A stretch of DNA of 43,040 nucleotides, taken from the NCBI GenBank assembly GCA_002269645.1, contig NIVC01004530.1:1-43040 (forward strand), given 5' to 3'. Source of the DNA: Macrostomum lignano. Its lineage: Eukaryota. The notes under the pieces are model-generated. The model was not told the origin of the DNA. It searched no databases and saw nothing but the letters and a program-made list of their open reading frames with translations. Below are positions 33,544 to 43,040 of this stretch, in pieces. Numbering within the stretch: position 1 is the stretch's first letter; every line of letters begins with the position of its first letter. The position numbers and the translations under genes are program-made.

Positions 33544-35430
33544 GCTGCTGTTGTTGCGGTTGCTGCTGCTGCTGTTGTTGTTGTTGCTGTCTGCGGTGAG
33601 CAACTCACAGGGGCCGCCAGTCGACGGCTCCCAGGAGCTGCGCCACCAAGTCACCACGTGCAAAGTCACTCAGACTAGTGACGCCGATGTTGCGCCGATT
33701 AGCTTCGAGCTTAGGGCAGGTCCAGAAATGAAATCTGTCCGGAACATCCAGGCAAGGTCGGCAGGGGCCGCCTTCGGTGATGCCGGTGCGGTTGCGATAA
33801 TAGTTGGAGTCAGGGCAGTGGCCTGCTCTGACCTGCGCCACGAGGATTTGTTGGCGACGCGGTCCCTGATGGAAGGAGATCGTTTTACCATAGACCTCGG
33901 CCAAGTGCCCATGAAGGGTAGGGCGGTACTTGAGATGATGGCGGATGCGCTCTTTAGCAGCTGCAAGGGTAATTTCTGACTCGTCTTGAGACAGTGTGGC
34001 CGCGAGCTTGGCCTCTGCGTCGACCAGTTCGTTACCGGGCACTCCGAATGTCCCGGAACCCATTGCAGGGTAATCTTTGTGTGCATGGCTGCGTTAGCGA
34101 GGAGATCTTTAACTTGCTCAAGCCGCAGGTTGAGGGTTGGACGGTCAGTTTTGATGGCGGCGATGGCGCTCAGGCTGTCGGTCAGTTTGACGGCATGGCG
34201 CGGTTCGGAGCTGATAATGTCTTCCAGGGCGAGCTTGATGGCCATTAATTCGGCTTCGTAGGAGTTGCACCAGCGACCAGCTGCTGCGTGCCCGCGGCGA
34301 CGGCTGGTGCCATCATGATTGAGGAAGATCCAAGCGGCTCCGCCGTTTTCGACCCCTCCGGTGGCCGAGCCATCGGTGTAGTAGGTGCAGGATCCTGGGC
34401 AGCGTTGCTCAATGGCTGCAAGAGTTTGTTCAGTCGAAGTGGCTCCCAGGTCTGGCAGGTCGGTGAAACAGTTGATGCCCTGGTCGACGAGTGAGGTCCA
34501 GGGTGGACGGCGAGCAAGGTGGAAGGGCATACGCGGGAGCGGCATCATGGAATCGCAGATGCGCCTCGCTTGTTCGCGCAGGCCTCTGTTGGCCGCGAGT
34601 CGGACGTTCGAGTGTTTTTCACAGATCTGGCGAAACGGGTCACTGAGAGGGCGACGGATGGCTTTCTCGTAGGTGAGCAGAGCACGCCTGCGGGCCTCAA
34701 CGCTGATAGGGTCAACCTGAGCCTCCAGGTAAATAGCTTCCGTGGGGGTCGATCGTGGCAGGCCGGTGATGGTGCGCAGCGCCTCCCTTTGAGCGCGGTC
34801 AAGTTCATCCAGGCGAGTCTTGGACAACCAGGGCGTCCAGGCCGATGCAGCATGCCAGATCACCGACTCGACCAAAGCACGGTAGACTTTGAGGAGGAGG
34901 AGGCGATCCCATCCCCAATCCTGGTTTGCTAAAGCTTTGATGATGGCAGTTCGACGGAGCATTTTGTCCTTGATTTCGCTCAGATGTTTGTCGAAAAGAA
35001 GTCCGCGGTCAATCCAGACCCCGAGGAACTTCAGCGCCGGCTTACTGGGGATAGGACGCCCAAGCAACGAGAGATGAACGGTGGTGTCTCGATCGGCTCG
35101 GTTGCGAGAGAACAGGCAGTATTTAGTTTTTGAAGGGTTGAGTTCGATGCGAAGATTATTGGCCCACTCTTCGATAAGGTGGAGGGCCCTTTGAATGCGC
35201 TCACGGACATCTGTGATATTCCTGCCGGAGGCCCAGATGGCGAGGTCGTCCGCGTATCCACTGTAATCGACCTCTTGGACGATGTAGTCAGTACCCTCTG
35301 GGCTTTACGCCTAGACTGCGGGTATCCCGCAGCTCCTACTCGGCGCCGCGTTTTCGTCGCGGAGGGGACCCTCTTCCTTCGGGGGAGGTCGAAGAGCGCC
35401 GTAAATCGGACACCATGTCCCACGTGCAAC
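33544..35430 (-). mobile_element. LINE (I/Ingi-like group) fragment B: RT C-half, RNase H, CCHC, CAA/CAG tail
   Basis: YADD at ~35250; LKFLGVWIDRGLLF; YTDGS, EAEL, TDSLS, WVPGH (RNase H); one frameshift at ~34060; QVRAGHC...CRPC...HFWTCP; stop at 33605; tail at 33544-33590. Confidence 0.88.
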
Positions 35431-35571
35431 TGTTGCTGCTGCTGTTGTTGTTGTTGTTGTTGTTGCCGGATCAAGCTGTGCCTATGCCATTCCTCTTCCA
35501 CCACTTCCAGAAGGCGTGCGCCGCCTTCTCCTCCGTCCACCAGTCACCAAGAGTCTGGATGCCCAACTCCT
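35430..35571 (-). mobile_element. 3' end of LINE fragment A (downstream of the copia insertion)
   Basis: LGIQTLGDWWTEEKAAHAFWKWWKRNGIGTA*, then a (CAA)n/CAG tail at 35430-35465. Continues QCPATFWKRQE from 40232+ once the copia and one TSD copy are removed. Confidence 0.75.
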
Positions 35572-35829
35572 TATTAAGAAAGCCTTGTTAAGTTATAATG
35601 AATCGGCGTTTATTGAGTTTTGAGAAAGATAGCAAAAGAAGGGTTAACATGGAATTTAGCACTGGCGTAGCTCAAACAAAACTTAGTGGTACAGGTAAGG
35701 GAGTCGAAAACCATAGATATAATTAAGCAGTCTGTTATAGAAAATTCTAGAAGGAAAACTTGGATTCACTTACTATAAATATAAAGTTGACTATTTTAAG
35801 ATAAACGATTACTTATAACATCTTTAACA
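35572..35829 (-). repeat. copia 3' LTR (258 bp)
   Basis: TGTTAAAG...CTTAATA. Differs from the 5' LTR by one 1-bp indel (by eye). Confidence 0.95.
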
Positions 35830-35928
35830 CTCCCACTTAATGTTTAGCTTAAAAACTAGTGCATACTGGTACAAACAGTTCATATTGTGTCTTGAATATC
35901 AAAGTTAGATAAAGAGTTAGCAGTCATA

Positions 35929-38900
35929 TTAACGAACAGGAATCAGTTCCTTGAGCACTTGAAACTTGGCATTAGACAGTGCTTTAGTAAGAATGTCAGC
36001 GATCATCTCCTCTGACGGACAGTAAATTAGCTTTAAAGTTCCACCGACCAACTTCTCACGCACGAAATGGTGACGGATATCAATGTGCTTAGAACGACTG
36101 TGGAAGACAGGATTCCTAGCTAGAGCAATACAGCCTTGATTGTCTTCTAGGATAGTAACGTATTTGAGACTTTCTACGCGAAGATCTAGTAGTAACTGTT
36201 GTAACCATGTGGCTTCTTGGGTAGCAGCTGAGAGTGCCATGTACTCGGCCTCCGTCGTCGATAGGGCTACAGTTTGTTGCTTCTTGCTACTCCAGCTAAT
36301 CGGACATTCAGCCAACTTGAATATGTATCCGGTTGTAGAACGTCGGTCATTGTGATCTCCAGCCCAGTCTGCATCGGAATATCCAATTAGATCGATTGCA
36401 CGCGAGTCCTTCTGAAAAACCAATCCTGATGAAATGGTTCCCTTTAGATATCTCAGGACACGCTTCACGCCACTCCAATGCTGTTCAGTTGGGTCTGAGC
36501 AATATCGCGCGAGAACTCCCACTGCAGATGACACATCTGGTCGTGTAGCTAGTGCTGCGTAGTTTAGACTTCCTATTGCCGCCTGATACATAGTCTTGTC
36601 CACCTTAGCATCACAGGTCTGTGTAGTGTAGAACTTGACACTTGTGTCCATTGGTGTTGATACCGGTTTGCAGTCCATCATGTTGAATTTAGAAAGGATG
36701 GTATTTAGATACCGCTCTTGGTTTAGAAACAATGAACCATTCTTCCAGGTAGCTTGAATTCCAAGAAAATAGTGAAATTCGCCTAGATCCTTCATCTTAA
36801 ATTTAGATTGCAGTTCTTGCTTCAGTACGGGCATGTAGTCGTCAGATGCTGTTAATAGAATGTCGTCCACATACACACCGATCGCAGATTGAGAGTTAGC
36901 ATAGATACACGGTTCTGACTTTGCCTGCACTAGGTTAAGACTTAAAAGTTCATCATGTAGAGTTTGATTCCAACATCTAGGAGCCTGCTTGAGTCCATAT
37001 AGACTTCTTTCTAGTTTGCATACTAGTGTTTCCTTGCCTTGAACCACAAATCCTTCCGGTTGTTCCATGTAAATTTCTTCGTCTAGTTTGCCGTTTAAAA
37101 ATGCTGTTACGACATCCATCTGGTGAATTTTCCAATCTCGTTAAACTCCAACAGTCAGTAGAGTTCTAATTGATGTAAATCGAGCTACTGGTGCATACGT
37201 CTCCTCGTAATCTACTCCATGCTCTTGAGAGTATCCTTTGACTACCAATCTTGCTTTGTATCTGTCTACTGAGTTGTCTGCCTTATACTTGACACGAAAT
37301 ACCCACTTACAGCCAATAGTTTGACGTCCTTTTGGTAGCTCAACCAGTTTCCATGTCTTGTTCTCCATCAGTGACTCGTACTCTGCGTTCGCAGCCTCTT
37401 GCCAGTCTTTAGAGAATGAGCTGTCTAATGCTTGCTGTAGAGTTTTCGGTTCGTCAATTTGTGTTGCGACGGATGCCACGTACCTGTCAACGGGCTTCTT
37501 CTCTCGAGTTGATCTCCGAACTTCTTGCTTGTCGACAGTTTCAGGAACACATTTGAAATCAGACGATGCTGGTTCGGTACCTGCATTCAGTTGAAGTGTC
37601 TCCTGCTTCTCCACTAATTGCTTCACGAAGCACGACTCTTGGAACGTTACATCGCGACTGACGAAAACTGATCGTGTTTGGAAATCAAAACAACGATATC
37701 CTTTTGAGGTTTCCGAGTATCCAATAAATCTGACTTCCCGAGCTTTTGAGTCAAACTTGTGACGTTTCTCAGCTGGGACATGCGCGTAGGCAACGCATCC
37801 AAATATTCGCAAATGCTGAACACTCGGCTTGCTGCCGGTCCAAATTTGATATGGTGTCGCTTTGTTGACTGCACTCGTTATTGATCGATTACGCAGATAT
37901 GCTGCCGTAGAGATTGCTTCTGCCCAGAATTCCTTGCCAATATGAGCATGTGCAATCATTGTTCGTGCTGCCTCCACCAAGGTTCGGTTCATTCTCTCGG
38001 CTACTCCGTTCTGTTTAGGAGAGTGTGGGACAGTAGTCTGGTGAATGATTCCGTTTCGGGCACAGAATGCCTCAAATTCTCCCGATGTATACTCTCCACC
38101 ATTGTCAGTCCGAAGAATCTTGATAGACTTGCCTGTTTGATTCGTGACGAGAGCCTGAAAGATCTTGAATTTTTCTAAGACTTCTGACTTGCTTTTAATG
38201 AAGTAAACTGAGCAATAGCGCGAATAGTCGTCAATAAATGTGACAAAATACTTTGATCCTCCAATTGACGTAGTTTTCATGGACCGCACACGTCACTGTG
38301 AATTAGACCCAATAGTTCAGTTGACCTTGACGCTTCACCCTTTGCAAATGGCGTTCGATGTAGCTTTCCTTCCACACATGCTGTGCAGAAACTGATGCCT
38401 TCAGTTTTTACGTCATCCTTGCTAAGCTCAATTCCGTCCACTTGCTTTCCATTAATTAGAGATTTCAGGTCTTGCTCACCTAGGTGTCCATAGCGCTGAT
38501 GCCATAGGTCGATGCTGTTGTTTCTCGCGACAGATGCAGTCTCGTTAGTTAGGTTAAAGCCTTTCAATTTGTACAGTCTGCCAACTTTTAAAGCTTCTCC
38601 AACAATCTTACCAGTTGCGCTCAAAATCTGACACTTGTCGTCGCTGAATTGTACACGGAAGCCTTTTCTTGTAACTGCTGATACTGAGAACAAATTCTGT
38701 TCCATAAGTGGTACATATAGAACGTCGCTCAGCTCGCACAATTTCTTACCAGAACCAGTATTGATATACAACCGAACGGTTCCCTTTCCAGTGGCTTCGA
38801 GCTTATGTCCATCTGCTAGCGAAATGTTCTCCAGTACCGAAAAATCTTCAAATTCCTCAAAACTTGTCCGATCATTAGTCATATGATTCGTTGCGCCTGA

Positions 38901-39821
38901 GTCCACAATCCATGTACTAGACTCGTTAGCTGTCGGTGATGTGCCCATAGACAACGCCGGAAATGCAGAATCTTCCTCATCTGAAGCTGAAAAGTCCTTT
39001 AAGTCTTTTGCTGGGGCGTCTGCAATCCTCGCCTGATGCCTTCTGTTGGATTTCTTCAAATCCTGTGGTCTTGAATTTGTGTTCGATCCACCTGTCACTG
39101 AGAGGCTATTCTTGAATTTGTAACAGTGCTTCTTTATGTGACCAGGCTTATTGCAGAAAAAACATACTTTTGGTCTGACACTCTGGTGCTGTTGCCTCTT
39201 GAATCCAACCAGAGCCTTTGAATTGCTGCTAGGTTCACAGCTTTCCTGTTCAAGTCGTTTTGACTCCTTGTGCAAAAGCCGCTCGAGTACGAAATTCATC
39301 GTCAAGTCGTCCGCTCGCGATTCCAGGGCAGTAATCAACCCGTCATATGACTTCGGCAAACTGTTTAGCAGAATCGTGACTTGATAGTCCTCGGGAACAC
39401 CTGCCCCGATAGCCGACAGTCGTTTGACGATATCCTTGAACTGATTAACATGCTCCTGCATGGATGCACCTTCCACCATCTTGAGCGCTTGTAGTTTCCG
39501 ATTAAGAAACAATTTATTTGCCAGTGAACTCCGCTCGAAATATGCTTGAAGCTTATCCCACGCTTCCTTCGGAGTTTCTGCATCCTCAATTAGATGAATT
39601 TGACTATCCGCAACAGCCAATACGATAGTCGCTAGGGCTTTGTTCGCACGCCGCTTGAACTGAACTTTGACCTCGTTGGTCGCGTCCTCAGCAAGTGTCT
39701 CTGTACCATCAACAACTTCCCAAAGTTCTCGCTCCATCAGGACGTTCTTCATCTTGAACTTCCAGACAGTGTAGTTGGAACTATCCAACTTCTCAACCAG
39801 TAGTTTGGCATCGAAAGACAT
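35929..39821 (-). pseudogene. copia gag-pol polyprotein with one frameshift (~38280) and one in-frame TAA (37141-37143)
   Basis: CFFCNKPGHIKKHC knuckle; WIVDSGATNHM protease; WHQRYGH...CTAC and HSDVCGP...FIDDYSR...RTDNGGEY integrase; RYKARLVVKGY, MDVVTAFLNG, YVDD RT; YSDADWAG RNase H. Confidence 0.95.
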
Positions 39822-39962
39822 CGTGTCGATCCACCAGCACAACTGGACTGCTGAGCTTGAACTTTCTAAGAGACGGTAGAGCCTGACAATCACGCGACTG
39901 ACGCACTGCCACTGAAGCAGCTTTATTGTTCACACTGCAGTAGATCACAGTGGAAGGGCGCA

Positions 39963-39974
39963 GGGCCCATAACC
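39963..39974 (-). promoter_or_regulatory. copia primer-binding site GGTTATGGGCCC
   Basis: Immediately follows the 5' LTR. Matches the internal initiator-tRNA-Met (half-tRNA) PBS type known from Drosophila copia. Confidence 0.8.
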
Positions 39975-40231
39975 TATTAAGAAAGCCTTGTTAAGTTATA
40001 ATGAATCGGCGTTTATTGATTTTGAGAAAGATAGCAAAAGAAGGGTTAACATGGAATTTAGCACTGGCGTAGCTCAAACAAAACTTAGTGGTACAGGTAA
40101 GGGAGTCGAAAACCATAGATATAATTAAGCAGTCTGTTATAGAAAATTCTAGAAGGAAAACTTGGATTCACTTACTATAAATATAAAGTTGACTATTTTA
40201 AGATAAACGATTACTTATAACATCTTTAACA
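39975..40231 (-). repeat. copia 5' LTR (257 bp)
   Basis: TGTTAAAG...CTTAATA. Confidence 0.95.
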
Positions 40232-40957
40232 CTCCTGTCTTTTCCAGAAGGTGGCTGGGCACTGACATGCTCGATGCTTTCCTCCTCAAGCCCGCATTTT
40301 CTGCAGATGCCGTCCGTTTCTTTTCCAAGTCTTTTCCTGTAGCTCGCCAGTTCGAGCGAGTGGCCAGTTCTAGCTCTCCTGAAGCTGGTGGCGTCTCCTG
40401 TGCTTTCAAAGGTCGTCTTCTTAATGGTTGCTCGGTTGCCGCTGTAGGTCTTTTCACAGCGCGGGATGCGCCCCTCCAGCTTTTTTAGCTTTCTCAGCTT
40501 CTGCCGCCTCGATCGCCTGTCACACAGCGCTCTTGCCCACCGTCGCCTCTTGCTGGTCCTCCTCGCAGGCTGTCGCAGCCACTTTGTCTGCCTCCTCGTT
40601 TCCCGGGAGCCCGCAGTGCGCTGGGATCCAGGCAAGCTCGACAATCTTTCCCCTCTCCTTCAACTCTTCCAGCTTCCATCTGATCTCTCCTGCGTGTTGG
40701 TGTTTGCTGTTTCCGAATATTACCTTCAGGGCGCTCGCGCTGTCTGTGAGGATAGCTGCCTTCTGCCAACTTCTTTCCTGCCTGCAGAGCCAGCTACAGG
40801 CCTCTTCCAGCTTTGGCTGCAGGCTAACACCTCGCGTGACGCAGGGTTGCGCGAGCCAGTGTGACCACACCGGCCGGTCCGAGCCCAGGACCGACAGTGG
40901 GGACCGTGGGGTGCCGAAGATCTGCGTAACGAGGCCCTCCACGGCCACCACCGTCTA
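40232..40957 (-). mobile_element. LINE fragment A: RNase H and CCHC region, degenerate
   Basis: ILTDSASAL...WIPAHCGLPGNEEADKVA; RTGHSLELASYRKRLGKETDGICRKCGLEEESIEHV. Confidence 0.82.
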
Positions 40958-42060
40958 ATGTTCAAGAACTCAAATTTCTTCAAGTGAACCTGCAGTCCGT
41001 GTTTGTAGGCGGTCCAAAACCTGTTCAAATGCGAGTAGTGGTCTTTCCGAGTCCTCAAGAATATCAGGGTATCATCGATGTAAGATATGATGAATGACAG
41101 TCCGTAAAAAACAGTCAATGAAGCGTTGAAATTTTGTGCTGCATTCCTCAGGCCGAAGGGCATGTGTGTACTCGAACAATCCAAACGGTGTGGTGATAGC
41201 GGTTTTGCATATATCTTCTTCTGCGACTGGAATCTGATGAAGGGCGCGAACAAGGTCTAACTTTGAAAACACAGTGCTTCGTGTAGGTACCGAGTGAAGG
41301 TATGAATATGTGGAACCGGATAGTTGTCCGAATTTGTTCGTTTGTTCAGTTCGCGATAGACACCGCATGGACGCCAGCCAGCTCCCTTGGGTGCCATGTA
41401 GAGGGTGACGCCCAAGCGCTTGAGAATGGTCTGAGGTAGCCGGCATCAATTAACTGCTGAAACTCCTACTTTGCAGCCTGCAGTTTTGCAGGGTGCAGTT
41501 GCAAGGTCGCAAGTGAACCGGTTCTCCACTACCAGTGTCTAGCCGGTGAACAGTCTCATGCTTGACCTCTGAATCTGGCGGAAGGGCTCCGCTTTCAACG
41601 AAAAAAAAACAATCTGCAAAATTTTGTCAACAGCGTGCTCGTCCGAGAATCTAGTTGGGTGGCAGTTCTACCGACTCAGTGAGTGGGCCACAATGAACAT
41701 ATGAAATTGACAAGGTAACAGTTGACAGTCCCGTTTCTGAGTCTCGAATGTGTTTGCGCTGGTAATCGACAACTAACCCATGGTAAGCAAGAAGTCGTAA
41801 CCAATGATGGGTTTTACTACTGAAGGTCCACTGGAAGGTGCGATGCAACCGGGGATTGAGAACATCCAGTAGGACCGACCGTGAATTTGTATGGCGGCTC
41901 CCGGTAGCAGTAACTAAACGAATGTTTGCATAACAAGTGCGTTAACGAGGTGAGGTGGAACAATGGAAACCGATCAGGCTCCGGTATCCACAATAAACTT
42001 GTAGGTATGTTTGATTTTAACATCCAACTCCAAACAGGTGGTCGACGGTGTTTCGGCACT
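40958..42060 (-). mobile_element. Ty3/gypsy protease-RT remnant
   Basis: FIVDTGA, PIIGYDFL (protease); [16 protein letters not shown]...[27 protein letters not shown] (RT). Frameshifts and stops. Confidence 0.8.
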
Positions 42061-42272
42061 GCGCACCGCGACCTCGAAAATCAACCAATTAGAGATAAGA
42101 TGGAGGGAGATTTACTTTGCCACTTGAATGCCAGTGCCACTTTTAATACCAGTGCCACTGTTATATGCCAGCGCCATTTTTTAAATCTATTAGTCGAATA
42201 ATCTTAACATGACAGAAAACTCTTTAATTTTAAACCTTGACATAAAAAGTCTTAGAAAAAAATTAAATTCAC

Positions 42273-42429
42273 CTGTCCTTGTATGACGCGCTTCTGCCAG
42301 CACAGCATCCTTCATCTCAAACATGGCTTTAATTTTCTCGCTGGTGAGCAGCTCACAGTTCTGGGCGGTCAACCAGCCCGTCAAAGTATTCCGCCTTCCA
42401 TCCAATGCCGTCCAATTCCTAGTGGGCTG
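42273..42429 (-). other. Candidate isolated coding exon of an unidentified gene
   Basis: Open frame QPTRNWTALDGRRNTLTGWLTAQNCELLTSEKIKAMFEMKDAVLAEARHTRT ends at an AG|GTGAAT donor in AT-rich flanks. The acceptor is weak and I recognise no homology. Confidence 0.2.
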
Positions 42430-43040
42430 CTTCAGTAATGGTAGGTAATTAAAAATTACATTACTTTTTCAAGTGCGGACACCGTTTGTATTAACATTAA
42501 ATAGGACAAACTGTCCAAGTGAGCGCCGATTGTGTCGCGCAGATCCTCGCTTATCAAACCGGGATGTCGAGACACTGCATCAGCCGTTTCAAATAACAGC
42601 GGATTTCGCAGACCGTAGCCGGCTTTTGCATCCACCGAGAGAGCCAGCTGTGATAGGACCCGCGGTCTGGCACTATGCGGAATTGGGCCAATCGTCTCGA
42701 CCGCCCTAGAATTCTCCTGGGCTAATGTCTCGCTATGAGTCTAGATTTCCGCTGGCTACCTTTCCCACGTGTCTTTGTCTAACGCAGACTATGAATCACC
42801 AGGACTTTTAACCGTAATGACTAAGCGTCTGGCTCGGATTAACTGGGCTAAATGTCCCCGAACTCTTAGCTGACGGAGTGAGCGGTCTCTCTATTTCCGC
42901 TGACAGATATCCCAAATAACTTTAAATAGCGGTAGCTGCGATGCTTGGGCCTAAGGCAAAACTGCTTATTCTGCACCAGCTGAAGAGCGGTACCCTGAGA
43001 TGGTCTGATAGAGTGCGACCGATAATTTCTTGATAAGTTG

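Larger units (their letters stand above)
35572..40231 (-). mobile_element. Ty1/copia LTR retrotransposon, full length (4660 bp)
   Basis: Two LTRs, TSD CTCCT at 35567-35571 and 40232-40236, PBS, PPT (AAGTGGGAG), and gag-PR-INT-RT-RH domain order. Confidence 0.97.

Noticed and set aside
34245-35577. Multiple plus-strand and alternative-frame ORFs over the GC-rich LINE
   Set aside because: Shadow ORFs of the RT/RNase H coding sequence.

Overview
Eukaryotic (metazoan, invertebrate-like; species not determinable) repeat-rich region with no intact host gene. Almost all of it is nested mobile DNA. (1) A degenerate THAP/P-element-like transposase gene on the minus strand is split by a 27.1-kb insertion (2323-29409) that starts with TC and ends with a Helitron-type hairpin + 11 nt + CTAG. 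Removing the insertion rejoins THAP exon 2 exactly in frame. (2) The insertion contains several further Helitron 5' and 3' termini, minisatellites, and a ~22-kb tandem array of four full 4.5-6.0-kb units plus a partial fifth. Each unit carries a head-to-head pair of spliced genes: a truncated RPA70-like gene (two OB folds plus an unrecognised C-terminus; all copies have the same in-frame TAA) and a small RG-rich / CCHC zinc-knuckle / polyQ gene that the ORF track only partly shows. Units are separated by a variable 20-bp satellite. No Rep/Helicase is present, so the element is non-autonomous here. (3) An older, diverged and rearranged copy of the RPA-like gene lies at the left edge. (4) The right third holds a degenerate LINE ORF1/APE fragment, three stacked RNase H-bearing LINE 3' fragments with CAA/CAG tails, a young Ty1/copia element (near-identical LTRs, 5-bp TSD) nested in one of them, and a Ty3/gypsy remnant. 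All family assignments come from motif recognition by eye, not database searches.
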